DNA from: Carcharhinus longimanus | Taxonomy: Eukaryota | Length of the DNA stretch: 64,000 nucleotides | Direction: 5' to 3' | Assembly: GCA_030264375.1 (NCBI GenBank) | Contig: JASCQW010000072.1 | Location: 107,932,674 to 107,996,673, forward strand | Shown here: positions 1-12,188 of the stretch, piece after piece | Layout of the letters: each line of letters starts with the position of its first letter | How positions within the stretch are numbered: position 1 is the first letter of the stretch | Translations under genes and position numbers: made by a program | The notes under the pieces: model-generated | What the model was told of the DNA's origin: nothing | The model's input: the letters and a program-made list of their open reading frames with translations, nothing else | The model's database searches: none

Positions 1-1039
1 TATTGTTGGTCGGGTGGGTGATTATTGATTGTGTGGGTTTAAATAAATATTGTTTGTACTAATAAGACGTCTACTCAGTTATTTGTTCATCGTATAAGGG
101 TTAAAACAGACTGATTTTTACAACAATGGTGATGCAGGCCCAAAGTCTCAAGAGTTGGAAAATGAGATTCTCACTGGTGAGATCTTGTTTTCCAATTTGT
201 CCTGTCCCTTGGTGCTGATGTAACAAGGTTCCTGCCCTCAGTTAACTAAATTAAAACTTAGTTGAAAGCCTTTCCCACCACACATTCACAGCAGTTGAAG
301 AGTTACCCCCTCTAATTGGTAAGGTTTAAAACAGCTTTTGAAAAATGGGAAGCAATTGAGGGGAACACTTTGGGGTGCAAAGGTGAGTATAGTTTCTGGG
401 GAAGCAGCATATGTCCTGGCAATGACATAGCACCAGCCCCTAACAGTGCCAATGCAATGCTAGGGTTGGCTCTCCTCAGAGGCCTTTTCCACCTCAACTT
501 GATTTTGCCCAGATATACAGTAATACGATTGGTTTGCTGTTCCCCAAACATTCATTACCTTCAGCTGCCAAACCAAATGGACAAAGATTTGTTCAAATGG
601 ACATATTACACCACACAGCCCATATTTGGATATAACTTTCAGTATTTTAGCACAAAACCAGTCATCTAGAAAGACTGGAGAAGCTGGGTGCTTTTTCTCT
701 GAGACAGTCAGTAGCTAAAGGACAGATTTCAGATAATTGGTGAAACAGAGTGGAAGTGAAGAATTTTCAGATATACTGCAGTTGTGACTTGAATGTACTG
801 TCCGAAAAAGGTGGAAACAGTGGATTCACTTTTAATCTTCAAGAGGGAATGGGATACATACTTGGAAAAGGAAATACATACATAGTTGTGAGGAAGAGAG
901 TTGGGGAGGGGTCTAATTGGATATTGGCACAAGCATAATAAACCAAGGGTCTCTTTCTATGCTGCAAAATACTCTCATGCCATAAGCATATCAGAGAAAG
1001 TTATAGCTTTGTCTCATGGCTTCCAACAAGTTCAAAAAC

Positions 1040-1167
1040 AATGCAATGAAGCACAATGAACCTACTTGGCTCAATGTTGGCTCTACTTGGATCTTGGAAT
1101 GCTGCCGGGATAGTTTCCTGGAACAGTGTGTGTTGGAGCCGACGAGGGAGCGAGCTATCTTGGATCT
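1040..1167 (+). mobile_element. CR1 LINE ORF2 endonuclease fragment, running into a gap
   Basis: Translates ILECCRDSFLEQCVLEPTRERAILD, a typical CR1 endonuclease motif. Confidence 0.8.
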
Positions 1168-1511
1168 NNNNNNNNNNNNNNNNNNNNNNNNNNNNNNNNN
1201 NNNNNNNNNNNNNNNNNNNNNNNNNNNNNNNNNNNNNNNNNNNNNNNNNNNNNNNNNNNNNNNNNNNNNNNNNNNNNNNNNNNNNNNNNNNNNNNNNNNN
1301 NNNNNNNNNNNNNNNNNNNNNNNNNNNNNNNNNNNNNNNNNNNNNNNNNNNNNNNNNNNNNNNNNNNNNNNNNNNNNNNNNNNNNNNNNNNNNNNNNNNN
1401 NNNNNNNNNNNNNNNNNNNNNNNNNNNNNNNNNNNNNNNNNNNNNNNNNNNNNNNNNNNNNNNNNNNNNNNNNNNNNNNNNNNNNNNNNNNNNNNNNNNN
1501 NNNNNNNNNNN

Positions 1512-1815
1512 CTGACCTGCCCACCTAATCCCACTTGCCAGCACTTGGTCCATAGCCTTGAATGTTATGGTGTGCCAAGTACTCATCCAGGTAACTTTTA
1601 AAAGATGAGGCTTCCACCACCCCCAAGCAGTGCATTCCAGAACATCACCACCCTGAGTAAGATTTTTCCTCAAATCCCCCCTAAACCTCTCACTTTTAAT
1701 TTGTGTGCCTTTATAACTGACTTTTCCACTAACAGGAACAGCTGCTCCCTATCCACTCTGCCCATGTCCCTCAATCTTGAACACCTCAAATTAGGTCACC
1801 TCTCAGCCTTCATTT
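1512..1815 (-). mobile_element. CR1 (HER1-like) LINE 3' fragment
   Basis: Same sequence family as 22050-22475 and 58270-58760 (gcagtgcattccag, aacagctgctccctatccac). Confidence 0.7.
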
Positions 1816-2821
1816 AATAGAAGTCTTTCTATATAGTTTGAGTTGGGAGGTTCAGAAAGGTAGAGCATCTGTTACTGACCTCACCCCCATACCATCACAA
1901 ATCCTAGATACTTACATAAATCAGGACAAGAGTTGTGTAGCTTCAGCAGTGCAGTAAGGACACCCAAGTCATGGAAGGTGGCATCTTGCTACTTCAAGAC
2001 CAAAAACCAGATGGGGCCAAAGAAAAGAGAGGCAATATTCTCCATTTTTCAGATGAGATAATGGGCTACTTAGAAACTGCAGTCACTCAGTCAAATTGCT
2101 ATACACTTGTGGATGAAAAGGCCCCAATGGGACCAAAGCTCGTAGGCCCCACTGGACAGAATTCCCAAGTTTGTCTTCCAAATAGTCTCTTTACATTGAT
2201 GGATCTAACAGCATCCAGGTTGCACTGAATTTGTAGCACCAACCCAAATACCATGGTTACCTGCTCTGGAGAGTTCCTTCCCTTCCTTGAAAAGCACTAA
2301 TACAAATAGATGACATTTGACACAGGACAGTGGAATTTAAACTCACAAATACACTTTCAATAATTCATGGTGGTAAATGAACTATGGTGAGCTCTGCAAA
2401 TGAATTATGGATCATACAACAAGGCCCTTCAATGTATGCCCTATTTTGACTACTTCAACCAAGTATTAAAATGATAAATTATGATGGACAATTAGCTTGA
2501 TGTGGCCATCAAACCTCTTTATTCCATGCCACACAAATCTGTCAAGTCTCATGGTCAACTTTATAAAAAGATATGCATTTAACTGACTATAAAGCAAAGT
2601 GATTAACATTATGCTTTTGGTGGCACACTGGAATAGAGATAAAACTTGGGTCATCATGCAAAATGAATAGGGTCACATCTTTCACCGTTATATACCCGGG
2701 CATACAACAGTAAGTCCTGTTGACTTCAGTGGAATATGAGGCAGGGTGTATAACAGAAGGCTGATATGATACATCAGCTAGGTGTTATTGCCCAAGAGCA
2801 ATTTCTATCCCATTAACACTT

Positions 2822-3165
2822 GGGCATCATAGTTGTTATCACCACTGCCTCACCAGCACCAGGGAACCTGGTTCGATTCCAGCTTTGGGTGACTGTGTGT
2901 GGAGTTTGCATGTTCTCGTAGTGTCTGCATGGATTTCCTCCAGGTGCTCTGGTTTCCTCCCATAGATATGCAGGTTAGGTGGACTGGCCATTGTAAAATT
3001 GTCCCTGAGTATCTACAGATATGTTAGGTGGATTAGCCATGGCAAATGCACAGGGCTAAGGGGATAGGATGGAGGGCTGAACCTGAGTAAGATGCTCTTT
3101 TGGAGATCTGATGCAGACTTAATTAGGTCAAATGGCCTCCTTTTTCACTGTAGTGATTCTATGAT
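2822..3165 (+). mobile_element. V-SINE (HE1-like), CR1-type tail
   Basis: B-box ggttcgattcc, V-domain gtgtggagtttgcatgttctc..., tail aaatggcctcc...gattctatga. Confidence 0.85.
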
Positions 3166-3362
3166 ATCTGGCAAAGGCCAGATAACAGGTTGACTGCCTA
3201 ACCTCAACATGTACATGAAGCATATGATGTGGACTCCAAAAGTTTGGAAGGGAAATAACAGCTATCAAAAAATATACAAACAAAAAACATCCTTTCAAGC
3301 AATTTATCCACAATCTTACGTCCTTTGCTAGTACGTTCAGTATATAAAATTTCACCACTTAC

Positions 3363-3579
3363 GGAATGCCTATTTCAAACAGGTTGTTCTGAATCAGTTG
3401 TTTGCCCAACATGATGATGCTGAGCTGAATGCAGAGTTCCATCNNNNNNNNNNNNNNNNNNNNNNNNNNNNNNNNNNNNNNNNNNNNNNNNNNNNNNNNN
3501 NNNNNNNNNNNNNNNNNNNNNNNNNNNNNNNNNNNNNNNNNNNAATGCAGAGTTCCATCAAGCAGCCTCCAGGAGCACA
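3363..3579 (-). CDS. ANO1: ANO1 exon 20 equivalent (TM6), [34 protein letters not shown], split by a false 100-N gap
   Basis: gtccag|TGT...CC|gtaagt. Merging the 16-nt overlap flanking the gap gives 101 nt identical in translation to the human exon as I recall it, including the Ca2+-binding NNLFE. Confidence 0.95.
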
Positions 3580-3695
3580 CTGGACAAGAAACAAGACAAA
3601 ATTCAATTACGTCTTGGACCAGCTTTAAGCTGTACTTATATTGGGGGGGTCGGGGGGGGGGGGGGGGAGGTGTGTGTGTGAAAACAATCACTTGC

Positions 3696-3753
3696 CTCTT
3701 CCATTCTCATATGGCGAAAGATGTAAGTATATTTTCCAGGTCGACCTGCGAAC
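3696..3753 (-). CDS. ANO1: ANO1 exon 19 equivalent, FAGRPGKYTYIFRHMRMEE (GC donor)
   Basis: 58 nt, ttctag|G...GAG|gcaagt. Matches FVGRPGDYVYIFRSFRMEE. Confidence 0.92.
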
Positions 3754-3929
3754 CTAGAAGAAAATAATACTTACAATGAAAAGATACAATGTCAAATAAT
3801 AATTAGATCAAAAAGAATCTTAAACTCAAAAGGTGAACATTGATTTAAGAGCATTAAATGATTATAAATTGATTTTCATCTCCACCAGCAACCCCATCCA
3901 TCCCAACCTCAATATTGTTCCTTCAAAAA

Positions 3930-4490
3930 TTATTCATCCATGGGATGTGGGCGTCACCAACAAGGCCTGAACTATTGCCCTTAAGGTGATAGCCACCTTT
4001 AACCAAGCAGTCTGTGCTCTTGGGGAGCTCCAGGATTTGAACTTATCAAAAAGCAATACGTACATTTCCAAGTCAGGCTGGTATAAGGGGAACTTGCAGG
4101 TGGTAGCACACACCTTCCACCTACCGCCCTTCCAGATGGTAGATGTTGAGTGTTTGGAAGGTGCTGCCACCAATGCCTTGAGTTGCTGCAGGGCATCCCA
4201 TAGACAAAGAACACTGATGCCATGGTGGATTAGAAAGTTAATGACTCGCTTGATTAAGCAGACTGCTTTGCATCCTGGCACTTGTATTTCAAATGTTACT
4301 GATCACTCATCAGTCAAAACCTGAATGTTGTCCAGATCTTGCTGCACATGGGCACCGAATACTGTATTACCCGAGCAATTGCAAATTGAGCTGAACACTT
4401 TAATCATCAGTGAACATTCCCACTTTCAGGCATAAGACAGCAGGAAGTAGTTGAAAATGATAGATCCCAAGATACTGCCTTGAGGGCACA
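3930..4490 (-). mobile_element. Decayed LINE 3' portion (CR1/L2-group)
   Basis: Tail catgggatgtgggcgtcac...ttattgccc shared with the SINE at 9190 and LINE pieces at 23600, 30900 and 38550. Confidence 0.65.
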
Positions 4491-4624
4491 ATTTTAAGAT
4501 TTCACATTATTTTTGACTACAACACCAACCACTGACTATACTGGGCTTTTATTGCGTCACCAAGTTCCAACTAGGTTCCATCACACAGTGTAATGCTCAT
4601 GTGAAAACTACCCAAATCACTCAC

Positions 4625-4736
4625 CTGCCTTTGAAAAATGCAACATAAAAGATTGGGGTGTAGGCATTCACAAACTTCAGCAGAAAAGCCTTAAAAATTA
4701 ATTTTTCTTCAAAATTTTTATCTGTTTTGGGAATCT
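4625..4736 (-). CDS. ANO1: ANO1 exon 18 equivalent (TM5), (E)[36 protein letters not shown](R)
   Basis: 112 nt, ctacag|AG...AG|gtgagt. The pore lysine of LLKF, typical of the ANO1/2 channels, is present. Confidence 0.96.
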
Positions 4737-5007
4737 CTGTAGTGGGGATAGAACAGAAATGGAGTCAATATTTGGCAAACAAACAGCAATTGATGATATT
4801 TTACTAATACATTGCTGCAACATCTCACAGGAACTATTCCAATGCTCTCCTTGCCCAGCCCCCCCACACAGTCTCCCCTCCATAAAACTTCAGCACGAGC
4901 ACGATTTCTGCAATGTGCAAATGGTTCAAATTCAACTAATCTCAGAGTCCTTTAAGTTAATTCCCCATTAGGGAACACTAAAGCCTTAAAAAAAAAGGAA
5001 AATGCTT

Positions 5008-5141
5008 TGGGTGGAATTTTCCCATTCCTCACCCACCCACCATGGGCATCACAGCAGTGGGATAGGACCACGCAAAAGGTCCACTGACTTGAGGCATGAT
5101 TTTCCGGTCTTAGGGTAAGCACAATTGTAAAATCCCAACCT
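5008..5141. mobile_element. About 135-bp MITE-like element
   Basis: Imperfect terminal inverted repeats gggtggaatttt / aaaatcccaacc. Internal homology to 14096, 23838 and 27850. Confidence 0.7.
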
Positions 5142-5601
5142 ATGACGCAGTAACTAAAAATTGGAACTCTTCTCAGGTACTAGAGGGAAGACAGTGTTGT
5201 ACTAACGTCACTGGACAAGTCATTCAGAGGCCCAGGCTAATNNNNNNNNNNNNNNNNNNNNNNNNNNNNNNNNNNNNNNNNNNNNNNNNNNNNNNNNNNN
5301 NNNNNNNNNNNNNNNNNNNNNNNNNNNNNNNNNNNNNNNNNNNNNNNNNNNNNNNNNNNNNNNNNNNNNNNNNNNNNNNNNNNNNNNNNNNNNNNNNNNN
5401 NNNNNNNNNNNNNNNNNNNNNNNNNNNNNNNNNNNNNNNNNNNNNNNNNNNNNNNNNNNNNNNNNNNNNNNNNNNNNNNNNNNNNNNNNNNNNNNNNNNN
5501 NNNNNNNNNNNNNNNNNNNNNNNNNNNNNNNNNNNNNNNNNNNNNNNNNNNNNNNNNNNNNNNNNNNNNNNNNNNNNNNNNNNNNNNNNNNNNNNNNNNN
5601 N

Positions 5602-5782
5602 GTTTGCACATTCTCCCTGCGTCTGCGTGGGTTTCCTCCAGATGCTCTGGTTTCCTCCCACAATCTGAAGGATGTGCTGGTTAGGTGCATTGACATGAAC
5701 AGGCGCTGGAGTGTGGTGACTGGGAGAATTTCACAGTAACTTCATTGCAGTGTAAGCCTTATTTGGGACTAATAAATTAAAA
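5602..5782 (+). mobile_element. V-SINE, alternative-tail subfamily, apparently nested in a second tRNA-SINE
   Basis: V-domain followed by tcacagtaacttcattgcagtgt...aataaa. Host SINE head at about 5180-5241 and tail at about 5785-5830. Confidence 0.75.
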
Positions 5783-6539
5783 CATTACCAGGATGCCTAC
5801 ATCTCATGAAAGAATAAAAAGGAAAAAAAAATACAAAGCAAAGAGCAACTAATGTTGGGAAATAAGAAAGGGAGAACATTCATTGTGGGTCCATTAATCT
5901 CAGCACGTTGTCACTACCGAGAACCAACATAACTGGGGTGTGTGGGAGGCTGAAAAATAGCGTGCAAGATGTGTCAAGCCAATGATAATCAGGTTTTGTA
6001 TCTGACTTTGTATATACTTTAATAACAAAATCATAAGCAGCCAAAAAGCAGAACAATTTTTAAGTATCAAATGACTGCGCATTTAATTAGAGACTGTCAC
6101 AAGATGACAATGCTTTACATCTGGCGTAAACCTCAAACTGATTGAACGCATTAAAATAACTTTTTCAATAACAAATCATCTGTCTGTATCAGGACTGTTT
6201 GAAAATGACGTAGTGGAAAGCAAATTAGATGAACTCCACACTTTTACTGAGCAGAAAATGACAACGTAATGGGCCAGTCAACTGCAATGAGATCGCACTG
6301 ATATTCAAACTTTGACACACAAGTAACTGATCCGACACTTTTGTATCTATGTTCCTTGGAGATATGGCTTGCAACAACTGAGTAGGGCAGGAGAGAAAAC
6401 AAACGATTGCAACATGATCCGTGGAGATCACTAATGTGCCAGTGAAGGAGAGATGACAAACTAAAGGCAACATTTTTGACAAGCAATTAATTTAAATCAG
6501 GTGATACTATGCTTTGCGGAACAAGAAATTGTTCTAATA

Positions 6540-6840
6540 GTGGTGGCACAGTGGCAAGAACTGCTGCCTCAAAGCACCAGGGACTCGGGTTCAATTCCAG
6601 CCTTGGTGTTTGCACTTTCTCCCATTGTCTGAGTGGGTTTCCTCCAGGTGCAACAGTTTTCTCCCACAGTCCAAAGATGTGCCCATTTGATTGAATGGCT
6701 GTGTTAAATTGCCCTTTTAGTGCCAGGGAGGATTAGCAGGGTAAATATGTGGGGTTACAGGATAGGGCTTGGTTGGGATTGTCATTGCAGGCTTGATGGG
6801 CCAAGTGGACTCCTCCTGCACTGTAGGGATTCTATGATTC
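6540..6840 (+). mobile_element. V-SINE (HE1-like)
   Basis: ggtggcacagtgg A-box, gggttcaattcc B-box, V-domain, gggattctatgattc tail. Confidence 0.88.
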
Positions 6841-7019
6841 CAAGCACAAATGCATCAAGCTGAAAGGTCTACCCTATTCTTTAAACTTCTGTGCTTTCAG
6901 ACACAGTCTTAAGAAACCTCAAACCTCCATTTTTAAATGCATCTGAAACATCAAGTTAGTGCATGTCCTCCAAGCTTACTGTGGGTAATCAAGGGTTGCA
7001 TCTTTAGTTCCATTCTTAC

Positions 7020-7221
7020 CAATCACTGTCAGCCATCTGGCAATGGAGCCATAGACTTCATCCAGAATGAGAATGACCACCAGATTGATGATAACTGCAG
7101 TAGCCGTGACGATGACTCTGACATTGGCTTTGGCGTAGGGATCAGGGCTCACAGCCATGACTGCAGCAATGGAGATTCTGTACATAATCACTCCAAAGAC
7201 TATTGCAAACGTCAGACCAAT
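7020..7221 (-). CDS. ANO1: ANO1 exon 17 equivalent (TM3-TM4), [67 protein letters not shown]
   Basis: 202 nt, ctctag|ATT...G|gtaaga. TM4 [18 protein letters not shown] motif. Confidence 0.96.
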
Positions 7222-9189
7222 CTAGAGAAAGACATTTCTGGTTAAGTCGTAGTGCCTCAAAAATAAAAAAGACGATAAAAATCAACAAGTGATACAGCCA
7301 TGTGGTAACAAATACTAGAGATGAGGTCTAGGTTGCTCTGTATGAGTAATCTGAATATACTTATATTCATTAACAATCACAGGAAGTGCTGCACTGATTC
7401 AGGATGAGATTTTGTACAGTAACAAAAAAAACTTTTCACTTCTTGAGAACACAAACCAAATAACACCTTATTTTGAAATTGTATCAAGCATACAAGCACT
7501 TTGCATCTAATTTTTGAAGTAGGCAAAATTAGCAGCTAATACTTGAGAACATTTCACTAGGTATTCTACAGCAGATAGAAACCTTGTGTCGGAACAGATG
7601 ACAAAGTGGATGGGAAGAGGTTGCCTGGTAATCAAGGTAAAAATGAAAATCTGAAGGTTGATTTGCAGATTTTTGAAAACCGGCAGGGATAATGGGGATG
7701 TGGCTAGGTGAGGATGCCAAATTATTGTATTCACTAAAAACTTGCTTATGAAGTAGGAGAAAACAGGGAAGCATCAGACAAGTCCAGCCAGGGGATTGCA
7801 GAACAAAACATGTAGATGTGTTTTCTGTAAATCAAATAAAAGGCAGCGGGTGTGGATGTGAAAGAAAATGCTCTCCATGATGGATCATGCTCAGGTAAGT
7901 ACGTACCTGGAAATAACATTCAAGTCATATAGTGTGCAACTTTAGTGGATTCAACAGGGGATTGCAACGAATTGATTGATGTTCTCGTTACTGGGGAGAG
8001 TGCTTTTTGGCAGCTGCAGTAACAGATTACTGACCAGTGTCCTCAATTGTTGCAAGTGCTATTAGCTTTGCCCCTTTACATGTTTTATTTTATTAACATT
8101 TTACTCCATTCTTAAAAGCTATAAAGTCAAAGTGGACCAGGCAAACCCAATTTGGTTTTTGCTCCAAAACCAAATTCCAATTGAATCCAATTCATGGTCC
8201 CCAAGAGAGACAAACAAGATCCAAGCTGAAAGGATAGGCATTGCACCCCATCTTGGGCTTGATCTGTACATTTGTTTGAATTGTATCTTACAATTTGTAT
8301 TAACAAACAGAGCAAAGACCAGAAAAGACCATTTAGTGAATACAATCTCAAATATTGTTTTTACATTGTTCAATTGTATAATTTTCTGGCTCAGCTATCC
8401 TGCTTAGTGAATTATTTCAAACATTACTCAAATTTATTGTAATATTGGTTTTTAAATTTTGTTCTTACTAATTTTCTATGTTTCTATACTACAGTCTTTG
8501 TAGTAAGGATCATAAATACTATCTATATGCACAATATTATGTCCATTGCAATGAGGTCTGTCCAACTGTTTCCAAATGGTCAAGGTTCTCTAACCCTTCC
8601 TCATTGCTTGTCCCTATTTGTACTTGGGGATCAGTTTTGTTCTTCTCCTCTGCACCAATGCTCAAATAGGATTTTTTATGGAATAGTGGACAGGGCCAAA
8701 TATCATGGTAAAAGGAAGCAGCTCTAAATATCATGGTGGGCAGAACCACACATCAGTTCAAATATTTTAATGCTTCAGCCAGACACTATGATTAGATTAA
8801 AAGTTTTGTACTCTTCTGCTGTAGTTATATATTGGAGCATTCTAAAGCATACGCTTCCAATGAGGAAGTTTTAATGGTGGAGATAGGAATAAAAGGCATT
8901 TCCAGTAAAGGGTCAGTAACTGCCAGACAGATTTCAGATAACTGGCAAAATGCATAATGAAGATTAGGAACACTGTTTATTGTGCAGTGAGTGGAAGAGT
9001 GGCAGGGGCAGATGCAACAGTAGCTTTCAAAAAGGGGATTGGCTAACAAGTGAAAAACGAAATAAAAATTTAAAGAAAAAAAAATTGCAGGAATATATAG
9101 ATAGAACGGAATGGGATTAATCAGATAGTTCTGTCAACAAGCCAGCACTAGCACAATAGCCAAACAGCCTCCCTGTTTGGCTATTTAAA

Positions 9190-9563
9190 AGGGAGGCGAT
9201 GGCCTAGTGGTATTATTGCTAGACTATTCATTCAGAAACCCATCTAATGTTTTGGGGACCCAGACTCGAATCACCTTGGCAGATGGTGGAATTTGAATTC
9301 AATAAAAAAAGAAATCTGGAATTAAGAATCTACTGATGATCATGAAAACATTGGTGAACCAGATGGGTTTTTCTGACAATCAACGTCCTTTAGGGAAGGA
9401 AATCTGCCATCCTTACCGGGTCTGGCCTACATGAGATTCCCAAGATATAGCAATGTGGGGGACTCAACTGACCTAGCAACTTACTCAGTTCAAGGGTGAC
9501 TAGGGATGGGCAATAAATACTGGACGGCCAGCAAAACACATGTCCCACCTGATGAATTTAAAA
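9190..9563 (+). mobile_element. Second tRNA-derived SINE family
   Basis: tggcctagtgg A-box, core gggaaggaaatctgcc.tccttacc.ggtctggcctacatg. Further copies at 24420-24810 (+), 42866-43250 (+) and 46960-47287 (-). Confidence 0.8.
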
Positions 9564-9683
9564 ACGTGACTCATACGTGCAATGGCACTTTGAATACATA
9601 TGTTACATGGTTGCATAACAAACCATAACTACTTCCGTAATACAGAATACCAAGACTTGAGAAATATTTGCTCATATTCATAC

Positions 9684-9758
9684 CATAAATAGAACTGCAA
9701 CAATATTGGTTATGTAGGCTGGGGTACGATCCCTCCAAGTCAGCTTCTCCTTTTCAGT
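9684..9758 (-). CDS. ANO1: ANO1 exon 16 equivalent, TEKEKLTWRDRTPAYITNIVAVLFM
   Basis: 75 nt, atttag|ACT...ATG|gtatga. Matches TDKVKLTWRDRFPAYLTNLVSIIFM. Confidence 0.95.
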
Positions 9759-10065
9759 CTAAATACAAGCAGAACCAGCAGTTAATCCTTCAAGACTATT
9801 TTTCAACTTGAAGATGTGCTAGATGCTTCTGCTCAAAATAAGTCCTTATCTGAATTATGAAGTCTGTCAGATTTCACCTGGACATTAGTTATAGACTATT
9901 AGATGCAAATGACATGCCCCTTGGGAACTGCATCAGAACTAAAATCAGTGCTCAATCCATTTAAATGTCTGATCTACTCTTCCATTCATAGAACTTACGT
10001 GACAACCACACATTCCCATGTCTCTATAAAACAGCCTCTTGACTGTAATATTGCAAACAGATTTT

Positions 10066-10113
10066 AAGAGTCAAGAGTGCAAGAGTGGAAAAGTGGAAGA
10101 GTGAAAGAGTCAA
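10066..10113. repeat. Degenerate 7-8-mer tandem repeat (AAGAGTG/C, about 6 copies)
   Basis: aagagtc aagagtgc aagagtgg aaaagtgg aagagtga aagagtc aa read directly. Confidence 0.7.
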
Positions 10114-11454
10114 GGTTAAAAACAGATCATCGAGCTTTCAGCATTGAAGCCATTCATTTAGGCCAACTGGTATTTGTTCTCCAGAGGAGTCTTCTCCTAT
10201 CCTGTTTCCTTTAATCTCCACCCCACATACCCTTCTATTCGGTAACTTGGTTTCACCATGATCTATGCTTTAGCTTGTTTGCGCCGCCTTACAAAATGAC
10301 CATGTCACATTTCATGGTGAAGCAAACTGGTTTTGGGTGATCAAACCAAGAATCAGATTGGTGATCTGATGCTAGAAACACACTGAAGTACAAGTTGATA
10401 CGCCAGTCATCATGAAGGTGAGCTTAAAAACTGAAGAAAAAATATATTGGGCCATTTGTAATGTTGGAAAGAGAATGTCATTACTGAAGGCTCTCAGTAT
10501 ATGCAGAGTATTCAGTCAGGCGTCCTCCATTGCTGGAGGGAGTAACCCACAAACTGCAGTATAATTTGCAGCTTATCCACTGTGCAACACCTTTGGTAGA
10601 ACAGTTATAGAAAGTTACTTTTGAGTTTTTATGTGGGACAAGTATTCTTGCCTAATGGACAAGAAAGTAAGTATCTGAAGATCTCTATCTCCAGTCACTA
10701 ATACAGGATACATCCTTACAATCTAATAATAGGCAGAGAATCTCCAGCAATGGCTTCCCTACCTGCTCCTACATTTTCTTCCTGAGTCTCCATGAGAAAT
10801 TTGTCCCTTTCCACCAGTAATTACTTGGGGAAAAAAAAATCATTCCACCAATGTGGAACTTGTGTCTGAACACTGATAATACCTAGTGTGCTCTCTGTAC
10901 GCCTCCACACCCACCGCCCCCCCACCCCACCACTGGTTTTGCGCAAAGGTTGGATCCTTACATGGACTGCATTTACCTTTGGGTGAATATCATCTTCCTC
11001 AGTTGTGGACCACCTCTGGACTGTGCCAAACATGTCATTCCATCTCTTTTTCCAACCACTGTTTCCAGTTGAATCAGACTGCTGGCAAACACTTGTACCT
11101 TCATGTTGCTACCTCAGTCCAGAGGATTTGTCCCAACTTGGGACAAACTCATCAGCTCTTTACAGTTCATTTTTAGTGTTAGAGGAATACTCCAAATAAA
11201 ATGGACAATTAAACTAAACATTTTACACTTCTCTCAAGGCCGGTCATAGAATCATAGCATTTCACAGCACAGAAGGAGGCCCTTTAGCCCATTGAGCCTG
11301 TGCAAACATCAAGTACCTATCTATTCTAAAAATGCAAGAATCAAAAATTTAGAAGGTAGAGTCCCACTAACCCAATTCATTGGTTTCTTCCCATAACTTA
11401 GATTCTGAAGTTGTGCTGCAAAGCTTTATTCTGGAATGTTCCTTTTAAATTTAC

Positions 11455-11710
11455 ACATGGGGATTGAGCTATGAGGAGAGGCTGAATAAACTAGGCTTGT
11501 ACTCGTTAGAGTTTAGAAGAATGAGGGGAGATCTCNNNNNNNNNNNNNNNNNNNNNNNNNNNNNNNNNNNNNNNNNNNNNNNNNNNNNNNNNNNNNNNNN
11601 NNNNNNNNNNNNNNNNNNNNNNNNNNNNNNNNNNNGAATGGCGGGGCAGGCTCGAAGGGCTAGATGGCCTACTCCTGCTCCTATTTCTTATGTTCTTATG
11701 TTCTTATGAA
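11455..11710 (+). mobile_element. Young CR1 LINE 3' end (gapped)
   Basis: LSYEERLNKLGLYSLEFRRMRGDL and a (ttcttatg)n tail. Confidence 0.9.
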
Positions 11711-12188
11711 ATTAATTTTAAAAAGATGGGAAGTTGAAAGTTTTTGCTCATAACTGGAAAATATGGAAACAGATGGTCAAGCATTTACAGTTCAACTGGG
11801 AGGTTGGAGGAAGAGGGAAGACGGAGAAATAGATACTGTAAACAGCTTTATGCCATCAATACGGAATAAAAATTGTGTCAGGATCAGCTGTCTGTTTTGA
11901 TGCATCCCATAGCTAAGCTACTCCTGACCTTTTCTTGTCAATTCAGAGATAGCATTCAAATTCACAGTTATTACTCAAAGACAAGTCAGTGAAATGCAAC
12001 TTGGATAAAGAAACTGGGGAACAAATACCTCTTAAATCCACTAGATTGGTTGCTTATCATTGCTTTTTTTTGGGAATGATAAAACCTTGTACCCCACAGT
12101 TTGAAGCTTTATTGCTTTGAAATAAGTGACCAAGAATGTTTCTTTCATAAAGCCATTTTCATTTAGAGCTGAATGCCCTCTGAATGCA

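Noticed and set aside
620-629. Perfect CArG box CCATATTTGG
   Set aside because: Several are expected by chance in 64 kb of AT-rich DNA, and there is no supporting cluster.
316-669. 117-aa plus-strand ORF and other 100-160 aa ORFs (19056, 25065, 59146)
   Set aside because: No recognisable domain or splice context. Their lengths are as expected by chance in intronic DNA.
1-3362. Search for the next ANO1 exon (KMKK...PEYMEM)
   Set aside because: Not found. It presumably lies beyond the window start. The upstream AAYPLHD exon was likewise not seen after 63282.
3428-3559. Apparent partial duplication of the TM6 exon (MELCI twice)
   Set aside because: Exact 16-nt overlap around a fixed 100-N gap indicates an assembly artefact.
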